Source: Octopus sinensis (Eukaryota). From it: a stretch of DNA of 64,000 bases. Within the stretch, counting starts at the first letter, position 1. Each line of letters starts with the position of its first letter. Shown in pieces: positions 12,339 through 25,151 of the stretch. Both the position numbers and the translations under genes were made by a program. The DNA lies in contig NC_043001.1 in NCBI RefSeq assembly GCF_006345805.1, positions 31,992,001 through 32,056,000 on the forward strand, read 5' to 3'. Below the pieces are notes generated by a model that was not told where the DNA came from, did no database searches, and saw only the letters and a program-made list of their open reading frames with translations.

Positions 12339-12696
12339 GGAGGCGCAATGGCCCAATGGTTAGGGCAGTGGACTCGCGGTCGGAGGATCGTGGTTTCAAT
12401 TCCCAGACGGGCGTTGTGTGTGTTTATTGAGCGAAAACACCTAAAGCTCCACGAGGCTCCGGCAGGGGGTGGTGACGACCCCTGTTGTACTCTTTCGCTC
12501 CAACTTTCTCTCACTATTTCTTCCTGTTTCTTGTCCCCGACTTCCTACGCAACCGCTGAGCCTGGATGCGCATTCATCCATCCATCGATGCTCTCGGTGT
12601 CGGGGGTTGACCTGCTTTCTCTTCTGCGGCTCTTACGAAGAGCAAAGGACCACGTTTCGGACTTCTACTACTGGGACGAAGACCGCTTCGCTCAAC
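12339..12696 (+). mobile_element. SINE family B, near full length
   Basis: GGAGGCGCAATGGCCCAATGGTTAGGGCAGTGGACTCGCGG head with A/B-box-like motifs. Confidence 0.9.
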
Positions 12697-13065
12697 AAAA
12701 AAAAAAAAAAACAGCAACAACATGAAAAATAACCTAAGAAACACAACTATGATATGAAATGTAGGCCTTGTGATATGCATGTTGTGGCACTAGTGGGGGA
12801 CCAGCATTAACCAATCAAGTTTGGCCACTATTCCCGCTACGCTGTGCACGTATGCGCGTGCATACAAGTTACTTTACTAGGGCACAAAAAAACTTAATGT
12901 CATCACAAACGGTGAGCTGCTTAACATGATTGAGTAAATAATAAATATATATATATTATACACTCAGTTTATACATGTGTACTTTGTCATAGGAAATATT
13001 CTGCACAAGATTTGCGCACAGATTACAACTAACATTATCTGGAAAATTATGCATAAATGCATGCA

Positions 13066-13110
<45 letters not shown>

Positions 13111-13115
13111 ATATA

Positions 13116-13332
13116 CTATTTTACTTGCTTCAGTCATTTAACTGCGGCTTTGCTGGAGCACCGCCTTTAGCCGAGCAAATCGACACCAGGACTTATTCTT
13201 TGGAAGCCTTGTACTTATTCTATCGGTCCTTTTTGCCGAACCGCTAAGTTACGGGGACGTAAACACACCACCATCGGTTGTCAAGCGATGGTGGGGGGGG
13301 GGACAAACACAGACACACAAACACACACACAT

Positions 13333-13363
<31 letters not shown>

Positions 13364-13520
13364 CATATATACGACGGGCTTGTTTCAGATTCCATCTACC
13401 AAATCCACTCACAAGGCTTTGGTCGGCCCGAGGCTACAGTACAAGACACTTGCCCCAGGTGCCACGAAGTGGGAATGAACCTGGAACCATGTAGTTGGTA
13501 AGCAAGCTACTTACCACACA
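13116..13520 (-). mobile_element. SINE family C
   Basis: Body, internal microsatellite and tail are present. Confidence 0.9.
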
Positions 13521-13583
<63 letters not shown>

Positions 13584-14014
13584 TGTGTGTGTGTGTATGT
13601 ATGGATGGACGTATGTATGTATGCACATATGTATGTATATGTACGTATGTTTATGAATGTATTTTTATTTGAGTCGTATTTATTTAAGTTTCGAACAAGT
13701 CTTACTTATTTAAGTTTTTTTGTAGAGTATTCAATCCTGCCACTAACAAAGGAACAAGACTTTTTTGAGTAAAGAGAGTTCCCGGTGTATGTAAATATGT
13801 GGTTGAGTTGATCTGTTGGTTGTGCTGTCAATGCACACGCCCAAATGTGTGTATTAATCTACCCCGATCGTACTGCATTACCTCTGGATATCCTTGTTGC
13901 TTATTTTGATTTTAATCACCTTATTTTGAAATTGTATGGATAATACCGTACTAAATTCTGGTGTCTCAACTTAAGTACCATATTCATCTGAATCTAATTT
14001 TTTACTAAAGAATC

Positions 14015-14270
14015 TCAGATGTAGAATCTTTGGAATGTCTTATAAATCTTCACTATGCTAGTAATAAATTGGATTTGGAGAAACCGTATCAGTTTCTCTT
14101 GATTTTTCTTTTCGAAAAGCTTACTATTTCTATGTTTGTGTGTAGAAGTATTAAATTGATGTTCTAATTCGAATGTATAGTCAGGGTACAAGAGCTGTAG
14201 GTTCCTCACTAATTCGCCACAAATGTTCTTTTTTTCCTTGGACTTTTGATTGTACATTAACATCTGTTTG
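14015..14270 (-). mobile_element. C-terminus of an RLE-type non-LTR retrotransposon ORF
   Basis: KEKKNICGELVRNLQLLYPDYTFE...KLIRFLQIQFITSIVKIYKTF* resembles the end of restriction-like endonuclease ORFs. Confidence 0.55.
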
Positions 14271-14432
14271 GCAGCTGGCCTCTACAACAGTGTTGTTCCC
14301 TGTCCGACAGAACAATATCAGGTCTGTTATGTTTGCACTGCATTGCTGTGTTCCGCCATATTCCTTGCTTTATATGGTGTAGTATTCCTTGCTTTAAAAG
14401 GCGTATATATATACATTTATATATATTTGTAT

Positions 14433-14490
<58 letters not shown>

Positions 14491-14519
14491 ACATAGTGTG
14501 TGCGTATAAACATGCAACA

Positions 14520-14878
14520 TGAGTTCGAGGCACTGACCACCCGCACATAACCTGTAAAGAATACTCTGATAGAATAACTTCATCGCTTAAAGAAGTACTT
14601 GTTCCTTCTCGAGCCACGTCTGGCTTATAAGGGCCGGTTTCCGGTTTCCTTGGCGTATAGGATTCTCCACCTGGACGAGACGATGGTCCGTCGCAGGTGA
14701 GCTGCAAGATGCAGGAGGAAAGAGTGAGAGAAAGTTCTGGCGAAAGAGTCAGCAGAAGTTCGCCATTACCTTCTGCCGGAGCCGCTCATAAACACACTCA
14801 TCGTTCGGTCTGAGATTCGAACCCGCAATCCCTCGACCGCGAGTCCACTGCTCTAACCACTAGGCCACGTGCCTCCAC
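14520..14878 (-). mobile_element. SINE family B variant
   Basis: Head GGAGGCACGTGGCCTAGTGGTTAGAGCAGTGGACTCGCGG on the minus strand; tail related to those at 18275 and 40930. Confidence 0.8.
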
Positions 14879-15599
14879 CGCTTAAAAAAATATGAGTGTT
14901 AAAATATCAGTTATTGTCTTTAGTGACATAATGAAAAACTATTGACTAGAGATTATTTCTGGTCCATCTGACAGATATTTTACAGGAAATTACTAAAAAA
15001 CATACTTAAGTACTTGAAACTTTTTATTGACGATGTGAGAAATGAAAAAAAAAAAAAAATTCAAATAACCCTAATTGTTATTGGAAATTCTGAATTGGGA
15101 CTAAATGCCAACTGTTTACATATGACACAAAAGATTGGCGGGAGGAAGGATTATATTAGCATTTCTGATCTGTAAATGGAGAACAAAGATCAGTAAACCG
15201 CTACTCCAGCCTACAGACACAGCTTAGGGCAGTTCCATCCACTTAATTCGCTTAGCGAGGGAACTCTCTCCACTTTCTCTTTCTTTTCCAAGGGGCACTT
15301 GAAATAGTTAATGGGAGCTTGACCAAAGAGGCAGGTGTTTGTCCTCTGTCATCTCAGACACAACAACTTTTGCCATAACCACTCGACAGAGGAATATGCC
15401 CTCCGCTGTTTTGTTGATGCCTGATTGTGAGGCGATTCTGTCGATAGACTTGGGTGAAAGCCGGTTTCGTCCAATGTGTGACAAGAGTAGTTGATCACAA
15501 GGCCATACAATATGGGTGGAAATAAATTTAATGGCTTTCAGTTTGTATATGGTATTTCGTGAAGATGAGCGGTAACACCGAGTCCGATATATGAAGAAG

Positions 15600-16135
15600 A
15601 ATGACTAGATCATACATTTTCTCTGTTTGAAGGATAGAGTAAACTTGTGCGCTCCAAGTGGTGTCCACTTTGAGAAATTTCTCTGTATTGTCCAGCAGTT
15701 TAAGAGGGACAGTAACATGTCATTTGGACTGTCAAAATGTATAAAGAAAATATAGTTTAAAGTGAAACGATGCAGACTGGAAAATAGAGAGATGGTCTGA
15801 AATTCTATCTGGAGGGACAATTCATCTACAGTTCATCTTTCTACTAATAATTGGGAATGTTTGAAAGTAAATCGTTGTACGAAAGCTGTGTGATTAAACG
15901 GTGGAGGCACATGGCCTAGTGGTTAGAGCAGCGGACTCACGGTCGAGGGATCGCGGGTTCGAATGCATATTTCAAAATTGTCACAATTATTTTTTAAAAG
16001 TCATCTAGAAATCAAAGATATCATCTGTGCCATCCACGTCGTAGCAATTCTACCCATAGCATATGTTTCAGAACTATTAGATTGGAACATAACATCTCTA
16101 AATTCTATCGACCGTAGCACTGGAAATCTACCAAA
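15600..16135 (+). mobile_element. Degenerate R4/Dong-like RT fragment, interrupted by a SINE-B head (15902-15963)
   Basis: VQQFKRDSNMSFGLSKC (cf. FSxDIGMEFGLDKC) and DIICAIHVVAILPIAYVSELLDW...IDR (cf. AINTWAVPVIRYS.G..DW...IDRKT). Confidence 0.6.
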
Positions 16136-16144
16136 ATATTTTTC

Positions 16145-16540
16145 ATTTCATTTAGTTTCAGCTCACGAGCTGTGGCCATGCTGGGGTACCGCCATTCAGT
16201 GTTCCTACATGATTTTACTTCACGAATGCTTTTTAGTAATTGACATTTGGTGCATGAGAGAGTTTGGTGCAGCTACCCTCAACTGCACCTCCTGCTGTAA
16301 AGTTGGTTCATCTGGGACACCTGGCAGGAAGAGATCCAGCTTTATTTTAAAGACATTCGCATCCACCCCATGCAGGTCTCTCAGGTACTTCGGGAGGATA
16401 TTGAAGAGCTGTGGACCTCTGAAGCCCAGACTATCGCAGTATCTTGTCCTACATCTTGATGGCAAATTTGGAGTCCTTGGCATTGATATTATCTGATATT
16501 CCATAATAATTCTGACTTTATATCCCAAGATGTGAAAGAC
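16145..16540 (-). mobile_element. CR1-like LINE 3' end
   Basis: SLGFRGPQLFNILPKYLRDLHGVDANVFKIKLDLFLPGVPDEP, followed by a 3' tail with a hairpin and short repeats. Confidence 0.75.
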
Positions 16541-16834
16541 GATAAAATTGCTTGGTTAAGAAAGCCAATTTGAATGCTTTTCATTGCATTTTCATCTCAC
16601 AAGATGGGGGTGGGGGTGCGGCTTGCTATAGACTCTTGTTGACTTCATGATAATCATACGAAAAAAGTAAATAAGTTGTTACTACAACAAAATTCTTTCA
16701 ATAAATTGTTTTAAGTTTCGAACAAGTAAAATCCACACCCCTTAAAGCAATATGAATAAGCGGGCACACCGAAGGCTTAATGAGCAACCAGTTTTGTCTT
16801 TACATATCTAATATTTTCCTCAACTGAATACCTA

Positions 16835-16835
<1 letters not shown>

Positions 16836-16916
<81 letters not shown>

Positions 16917-16970
16917 ATCTATCTATCTATCTATCTATCTATTATCTATCTATCTATATCTATCTATCTA

Positions 16971-17041
<71 letters not shown>

Positions 17042-17070
17042 TTATCTATCTATCTATCTGTCTGTCTGCC
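16836..17070. repeat. (CTAT)n microsatellite
   Basis: Direct reading. Confidence 0.95.
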
Positions 17071-17289
17071 TTTCTGTATGTATGTCTATCTATATAATGC
17101 CATACATATAAAAGACTCTGGCCCAGATGTACACTTCTGCCTTAGTAAATGACAATGCAAAAAAACAAAAAACAAATATAAAAAAATAAATAAACAAACA
17201 AACATAAAACAAACAGACAAACGAAAAAACAAAAAAACAAAACAACAAAAAACAAAAAGTAACAACATATGTATGACAATGTCAATGAA

Positions 17290-17560
17290 ATATAATACCA
17301 GTGAGAAATATGTGAGAAATATTTAATATTTCATTCGAATCTTGTCATTGACGTTCCTAATCACAAAAGCAAGAAAACCCTTCCTTTGTGAAATTTGTAG
17401 GAAAGCATTTATGATAAACGCTGTCTTCATACAAAAGAATACATATCGGAGAATTACAGTATTACTGTGAAATACGTGATGGCTCTTTTGTTGACAATCA
17501 TAATAATTTAAGCAAGCATTAACAAATAGGGTAAGAACAACAGTATCAATGTGAAATATA
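17290..17560 (+). pseudogene. Degenerate C2H2 zinc-finger array relic
   Basis: KPFLCEICRKAF, KRIHIGELQYYCEI and QYQCEI motifs, with frameshifts and stops. Confidence 0.6.
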
Positions 17561-18176
17561 GTAAGGTTTCGCCGATATTAATGACTGAACGATTGTCCAA
17601 GAAGAAGGAAGACAACTGGAATAAGTAATAGATAAAGAGCCGTCTAGCGGCAGAATTAAGCGACTATCGAAGGAGAAATATTAATGACAAATAGGGTAAA
17701 AACAACATTATCAATGTGAAATATGGAAAGGTTTCGCCGATATTAATGACTGAACGATTGTCCAAGAAGAAGGAAGACAACTGGAATAAGTAATAGATAA
17801 AGAGCCGTCTAGCGGCAGAATTAAGAGACTATCGAAGGAGAAATATTAATGACAAATAGGGTAAAAACAACATTATCAATGTGAAATATGGAAAGGTTTC
17901 GCCGATATTAATGACTGAACGATTGTCCAAGAAGAAGGAAGACAACTGGAATAAGTAATAGATAAAGAGCCGTCTAGCGGCAGAATTAAGAGACTATCGA
18001 AGGAGAAATATTAATGACAAATAGGGTAAAAACAACATTATCAATGTGAAATATGGAAAGGTTTCGCCGATATTAATGACTGAACGATTGTCCAAGAAGA
18101 AGGAAGACAACTGGAATAAGTAATAGATAAAGAGCCGTCTAGCGGCAGAATTAAGCGACTATCGAAGGAGAAATAT
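17520..18176 (+). repeat. Four tandem copies of a 165-bp unit
   Basis: ATGACTGAACG at 17581, 17746, 17911 and 18076. Confidence 0.95.
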
Positions 18177-18274
18177 TTAGAAATAATGAATAAAATGTTG
18201 GTTTTTAGCAACAAAATTATGGATATATTCATATTGAGTTAAACAGCTACGAATACATCAAAAGGATCAAAGGA

Positions 18275-18649
18275 CCTTCCCGAGCCAAAGGCTTATAAGG
18301 CCTGTTTCTCGAATTCCGTGGCGTATAGATTGCACCATTATGGACGGGACGCCGCTCCATTATGGACGGGACGCCGCACCATTATGGACGGGACGCCGCT
18401 CCATTATGGACGGGACGCCGCACCATTATGGACGGGACGCCGCACCATTATGGACGGGACGCCGCACCATTATGGACGGGACGCCGCTCCATTGCATGTT
18501 TACTCATTTTTGCCAACTGAGTGAACTAGAGCAACATGAAATGATGTATTTTCTTCAAGATCTCGACGAATCGCCATGTCTAAGAATCGAAACCACAACA
18601 TTATGAGCATGAGTGTAACATCCTAACCACTAAGCCATTGCGCCTCCAC
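18275..18649 (-). mobile_element. SINE family B variant containing a 7 x 22-bp internal minisatellite (18335-18492)
   Basis: Head GGAGGCGCAATGGCTTAGTGG on the minus strand; unit CCATTATGGACGGGACGCCGC(A/T). Confidence 0.75.
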
Positions 18650-20853
18650 AAGGATTATATAGGTATAAATAAACAGGTTATAAACCTTCAGTATGAGGTG
18701 CTGAAAAGCGTATACATACATACATACATACACACACACATGTCTGCATATGTATATATACACTTTTATAGGTGTTTGTTTTGTAATTTTTAAGTCAACC
18801 AGGCACAGAGAAACACACATACATACACAAATATATTTTTTAAAATTTCTACTACAGATGATACGAAACCACACAACATAGTTTTAAAACTGTATTCGAA
18901 TTTTCTTTTTATTAATGACATCACAAGGACTTAATTTTTGATGAACTATATGTTGCATGAGAAATTGTTCTGTCTATTTCTGGTAAAGTGAGAATTTTTA
19001 TCCAAAAATATTAGTCGTATACTCATTACAAGAATTTCCGTAAGAAATATTTTTTTTTGCTCTAAAATGTATATCACTGACTAACTGACACATTTCTTAT
19101 TGATTAAGAATATAGAAATTCTTTAAATTTAAAGAAAAATTACGGTTTTCATTAATTGGATTACTGGCTGATATTTACTTTCTGATGTCTATATTTGAAA
19201 TGGAAATACAGAAAGTGCTATGTATCCATTAACAACAGCATCACGTTCTTTAACTCCAAGTCAGCTTTCATCGAGGAGATCTATGATGAAAAGTAACCCG
19301 CCGTGATCATCCTGTTTTGTTTTCCAGAAATAGTGTGTCTAAGACTATATTATTCTATGTATTCTTTTTTTTTTATAGATGGCATTCAGGAACTTGAGGA
19401 GACTTCACTTCCATTAGAGGTCTCTATTCATTGGCTAATTGTTACTTGTGGCTTTTATCTATACGTAAATGTAAATCAACTGTTATAGGTTATACTTAAG
19501 AACATATCCTTCGCATCTTGAGGCAGTTCATTTGTAGTGGAACTGTTGTCAAATTTGATCTTTTCTAAGTAAATGAAATGTGAGTTGAGATAAGCTCACA
19601 ACAAATTTACCTAGCAACTCTGTATCGACTCCTTATTCTATTTCAGTTTCTTTAGTCTTTATTTCGGCTATAGATAGTCAATTGACAGTCGTTAGACCAT
19701 CAGAGACAATACATTGCGATATTTGTTTCGGCTTTTTGCTCTCTGAATTTAAATTCTGCCGAGACCAACTTTGCCATTCATTCTTTTGAGATTGATATAT
19801 GAGGTTTCGACCAATACTGGAGCAGGGTGAAATGACGAGAGAGTCTGTGTCTTAATACCACAAACGAAGCATTGTAACATGGAACATGCTAATATCTGAC
19901 CGTGAGTGACGACTGGATAATTTTTTTTATCTCAGTAATGCCACCAAGGATTAATATAGGGTTGTTTGGTTGTTTTCTTAGTATGGCTTTATGAAAGGCG
20001 GATGGACAGTAGCCATGACCTCAGCAGAACTTCCAAGGCTTTTAGAAGGCAAGTGAGGAAGAAATGACAGCAACGTATCAGACATTGAATCCAAATGACA
20101 GACTTGCAATAAAATGACGGACTTTACTAAAAACATCGAGGTCGAGATGGTGCTGTTAAACTGAATGATGGATATTTAGATATTTTTCTAATCAGCGGCT
20201 GAGGAGTAAAAACAGAACAAAAAGAAACAACGTATCAGTTCTAAACTGGGATTAAATCCATATCAGTTGTTTCCCGTTAAAGGGATTCCCGGTTCAAACT
20301 GATGAATCATCGCATATTCTTCAGTACACTAGAGAGCATTTCGCAAGTTTTATTTTCATTTCCAACCACGCAGTTGATTTCACCCCCACTGTGAATCTTA
20401 CCCCATGGTTTTACATCCGTAATAGATTGTAGGTAGGAAATTTGAGAGCAATTATAGAGTAGAAAAGAAGGAAGAGGTAGAAAAAGAAAACAAAAATGAC
20501 AAGGCGAACGACCCAAATTTTTATTATTATTTACACCTTATATATTTCTTAATCTTTTTTCTCTCATCTTTTGGTGATCGACTTGGGATACGTTTGTTGT
20601 CGGTGTTATCATCTCACTGTGCTCAGCTATGTATATCCTCCTACATTATACAAATATAAACATACGTAGATACGTAACTTCATTTACTATTTTTTTTTAT
20701 TTTTACACGACCTATTTCTTTCTGTCGCTTTCTAAACATTTCTGTTATCTCTTTCTGTTATTTTTTTCCTCTCCCTAATCTTCACTTTTCCCAGTAGCAC
20801 TAACTTGCATGCGCATACATAATCTCGCACACGAGTACACACAAGCACACAAG

Positions 20854-20888
<35 letters not shown>

Positions 20889-20889
20889 G

Positions 20890-20923
<34 letters not shown>

Positions 20924-21059
20924 ACATACACACATATGTTGTTGGTTTTTCTCACATAAATATCAATGAGAGCAAAATAGGGCGAGATTATTCACATTCA
21001 GTGTTACGAAATGCGCATGCTCTGCATACCATCACCAAAATTATTCTAAGGCGCATCTA

Positions 21060-21101
21060 TCTTTCTGTCTGTCTTCATATCTATCTATCTATCTATCTAT
21101 C

Positions 21102-21160
<59 letters not shown>

Positions 21161-21206
21161 GCCTGTCTACCTACCTACCTACCTAGCCGCCTGCCTGCCT
21201 GTCTGC

Positions 21207-21297
<91 letters not shown>

Positions 21298-21300
21298 ACT
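21060..21300. repeat. (CTAT)n/(CTGT)n compound microsatellite
   Basis: Direct reading. Confidence 0.95.
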
Positions 21301-21476
21301 ATACATACATACACATGTGTGTGTGTGTTTGCATCATACCTTTTCTATATATCATATTGTACTGCATTACAATCTCATTTTTTTTGCAAGGGAATAAACA
21401 TTATACTATTGTTATTATGTTCTCATTGATGATCTTCTGGCAAATAATAGAAATTTTCCTTCATGTCCTCCTCCTC

Positions 21477-21480
<4 letters not shown>

Positions 21481-21520
<40 letters not shown>

Positions 21521-21706
21521 TACTATCATCATCATTATTATTATTATTATTATTATTACTACTACTATCATTATTATTATTATTATTATTACTACTATCA
21601 TTATTATTATTATTATTATTATTATTACTACTATCATCATTATTATTATTATTATTATTATTATTACTACTACTATCATTATTATTATCATTATTATTAT
21701 TACTAC

Positions 21707-21738
<32 letters not shown>

Positions 21739-21826
21739 CTATCATCATTATTATTATTATATTATTATTATTATTATTATTATTATACTACTACTATTAT
21801 TATTATTATTATTATTATTACTACTA

Positions 21827-21869
<43 letters not shown>

Positions 21870-21870
21870 G
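21481..21870. repeat. (ATT)n with ACT/ATC interruptions
   Basis: Direct reading. Confidence 0.95.
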
Positions 21871-21871
21871 T

Positions 21872-22905
21872 GATGAAAACTCAGCAAATTTTACTGGGTA
21901 TGATTGACAGTGTAAGCTGTCTGCAGTCAGCTGACTAAAGTGACATTTGTTAACTGGTCATGCTTCAAGAACCCTGCGAAGAATTCTTGTAGTTCTCAGC
22001 AATGCTGATTTTTGTAGGTATTCTACCTTCACACCTGCACAGATCTTTTTCAGACATGTTAGTAGCTGAGTGCTGATACTTCCAAGTGCACTAATTACTA
22101 TTAGTATCACGTCTACTCTCCTCATTGACCACAACCTTCGTATTTCCCACTATAAATTGCCATAGTTGTTTATTTTTTCTTGTTCCTTCATACTGATCCT
22201 GTTGTCACTGGGGCATGCTATATCGATAATCATACATGTTCTTTCTTTTTTTTTCATCACAACAATGTCTGGTCATCCCACAACATTTTGCAATTCTCAT
22301 TTTCGTTGACTCCTTTTGGAGTTTGCGCATACCACGTCCCTGCTCTCTGTAGGCCGTGATTTCCACAGAGCTCCCGATGTATAATTTTTTCCAGATTGTC
22401 ATGGCGTCTTTTGTATTCGCGTTGTACCAATTTTGGGCATTTGCTAACGATGTGCCATACCGCTTCACTCCTCGCACCTCAGATTCTGCATTTGTCGCTA
22501 TCGGTTGTGTTACCTATTCTGCATTTCATACAATTAGTCCTTAATGCTTGTTCCTGAGCTGCGCATATGATTGCTTCTGTCTCTATCTTCAGGTCACTCC
22601 TCTTCACCCATAGCCACTCATCCTCTGTAACTGTCTTGGCGTTCATATCTCTTGCAAACTGACGGTACATTTTCTATTCCTTTCATGCTTTTTATTTTTT
22701 CTTTATTCATTTTTTGTTTAAATTTTTCTTTAGTTACACAATTTTCAGTCTTGGTGATGCTGGCCTTCTTCGCGTGTTTCAACAGTGGTTCCACGGCATT
22801 TTTTATACACCACCCTAGGCTATTTATCTCTGCTTCGATACAATCCTAGCAACTGATCAAACCTCTCCCACCCTTTCTTCTGGACAAGTACAGCCTATCG
22901 GTGTC
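21872..22905 (-). mobile_element. R4/Dong-like non-LTR retrotransposon, 3' ~1 kb (CCHC plus restriction-like endonuclease)
   Basis: DRLYLSRRKGGRGLIS...WVKRSDLKIETEAIICAAQEQALRTN...CRI...HIVSKCPKLVQREYKRRHD...ALGSIS...LQKSALLRTTRILRRVLEA* (stop at 21958); 3' end abuts (TAA)n. Confidence 0.85.
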
Positions 22906-23353
22906 ATTCTTCCCTCCCGCTCTCTTTCTCTGTTCCTCCGTCTTTTTACTACCAAACTCTCTATTTTTTTCAGTCTCTCTTTCTTTCTCTCTCTATTACT
23001 TTCTTCACTACTTTTGAAGATTACTTGTTGACATCGTAAAATTCGTCGGCCAAAATCACACATACACAAATAGCAAGCTAGTTTTTTCGTTAGACTCACA
23101 TTAAATTAACACGCTTCTCCTTCGTTGCTTAAAGCTTTAATTTCCAAAACGTACCCTTTTATTCATTCATAGTCATATGAAAGTTAGCTACTTGAAACAC
23201 CCTGACTGCTACAACGCTGAACCTATTGTTGAAAGCACATATATTTCTTCTCTCTCTGCCTATCTCTCTGTCCCACTGTCTCACTCCCTTTGTCTGCCCC
23301 TCTGTATTTTTACCACCACTCTATGTCTTCCTGTATGTCTGAATATCTGTCAG

Positions 23354-23401
<48 letters not shown>

Positions 23402-23576
23402 TCAGTCACTTTCTTCACTACTTTTGAAGATTACTTGTTGCCATCGTAAAATTCTTCAACCGAACTCATACTTTGACAGCCCAGTTCAAACAGTAAGCTA
23501 GTTTTTCGTTAGATTATTATTATTATTATTATTATAATTATTATTATTATCATCATCATCATCATCATCATCATTA

Positions 23577-24063
23577 TTGAGTAAGAGAGCAGTGCATCCC
23601 ATTGAAGTGACACTGAAGTAAAATATATGAAGCCCAGTATATCCATCATGACTACCCGTTTGATAAGGGTACACCAGGCACATACATCACAACCATATAT
23701 GCGCCACATGGTGATCTCATATCAAGATAAACAGCGCATGACCTTGCAGGTGGGGCCTACTTAGAATTTTCTTCAGGTCGAGTAGCCCATCTCGCTCAAA
23801 AGGTTCCTGAATGGGGGTTGTTTAAGGATGTTGAACGAAACACCCATATTTCAAGAGGTGAATTATCCAAACTCCAAAGAATCCCTCTCGACACACGGCT
23901 ATGATGCTCCCCCACTACTTCTGCTCGTGATCAGAGATGCACATATCGTCAGCCACTAAGGGACATGCTCAACTGGTTATGGTCAAAACAACTGACAAGC
24001 AAATCTGTGGTATTGAGCAGAATATTTGCTGTAGCCCATCTTTTATACCAAAAGAAAACAATG
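23577..24063 (-). mobile_element. Family D retroposon-like repeat with an (AAT)n tail
   Basis: Reverse complement of 24474-24955; a third copy lies at 34725. Confidence 0.85.
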
Positions 24064-24194
24064 TACATGATAACACTTCCAATCAGTTAGTGATAACATT
24101 TCCAATCAATTATTATCATTATTTTAGAAACAATAGCAGTAGTGATAGTAATAAGAATAGCAACAATGGCTGCGACAGCAAGTATAATAATTTA

Positions 24195-24408
24195 TTCTAC
24201 TATTGCCATAAGCTCAGAAATTTTTATGGAAGGGAAATTATCGATTACATCAACTCCAGTGCTCAACTGGTGCTTATTTTGCTTATCGAATCCGGTAGCA
24301 TGAAAGGTAGAATCGACCTCGGCGCAGTTTGAACTCAGAACGTAAAGCGGGAAGAAAGATCGCTAAACATTTTGACCGGTGTGCTAACAACTTTGCTATC
24401 TCACCGCC

Positions 24409-24410
<2 letters not shown>
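24195..24410 (-). mobile_element. SINE family A, diverged
   Basis: Core and tRNA-like head on the minus strand. Confidence 0.7.
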
Positions 24411-24457
<47 letters not shown>

Positions 24458-24473
24458 TAATAATAATAATAAT

Positions 24474-24952
24474 ATTGTTTTGTCTTGGTATAAAAGATGG
24501 GCTACAGCAAATATTCTGCTCAATACCATAGATTTGCTTGTCAGTTGTTTGACCTTAACCAGTTGAGCATGTCCCTTAGTGGCTGACGATATGTGCATCT
24601 CTGATCACGAGCAGAAGTAGTGGGGGAGCACCATAGCCATGTGTTGAGAGGGATTCTTTGGGGTTTGAATAATGCACCTCTGGAAACATGGGTGGTTCTT
24701 TCAACATCCTTAAACAACCCTTATTCAGGGACCGCTTGAGCGGGATGGGCTACCCAACCTGAAGAAAATTCTAACTGGGCCCCACCTGCAAGGTCATGTG
24801 CTGTTTATCTTGATATGAGATCACCATGTCGCGCACATATGGTTGTGATGCATGTGCCTGGGTTTTATCAGACGGGTAGTCATGATGGGTATATTGGGCT
24901 TCGTATATTTTACCCCAGTGTCACTTTGATGGCATGCACTGCTCTCTCACTC

Positions 24953-24955
<3 letters not shown>
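24474..24955 (+). mobile_element. Family D retroposon-like repeat
   Basis: Ends GCACTGCTCTCTCACTC(AAT)n. Confidence 0.85.
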
Positions 24956-24983
<28 letters not shown>

Positions 24984-24984
24984 T

Positions 24985-25120
24985 ATAAAGGATTGAGGTA
25001 ACTCCTCCAGAAGATATAGAGTCAAAATTAAAAGAAGAGTGACATTGTTATCTAGTGAACGGTATTTCGACATCTTGTATGTCTTCAACTGGTTCACAAA
25101 ATATAATAATAATAATAATA

Positions 25121-25151
<31 letters not shown>

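Noticed and set aside
15340-15540. Weak resemblance to Helitron helicase motifs on the minus strand
   Set aside because: The similarity is too low to support.
15902-15963. tRNA-like sequence
   Set aside because: It is a SINE-B head lacking a complete acceptor stem, not a tRNA gene. The same applies to all SINE heads here.
17520-18492. Regular arrays (165-bp and 22-bp) considered as CRISPR-like
   Set aside because: The units are contiguous with no unique spacers, in a eukaryotic context.
19212-20047. Plus-strand exon-like segments (SAMYPLTTASRS..., GIQELEETSLPLE, YGFMKGGW...)
   Set aside because: Splice signals are partial, several frames are equally open and no homology is recognised; RNA-seq would be needed.
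22995-23512. Diverged ~100-bp direct duplication (~23000 and ~23408)
   Set aside because: Old repeat fragments with no further structure.
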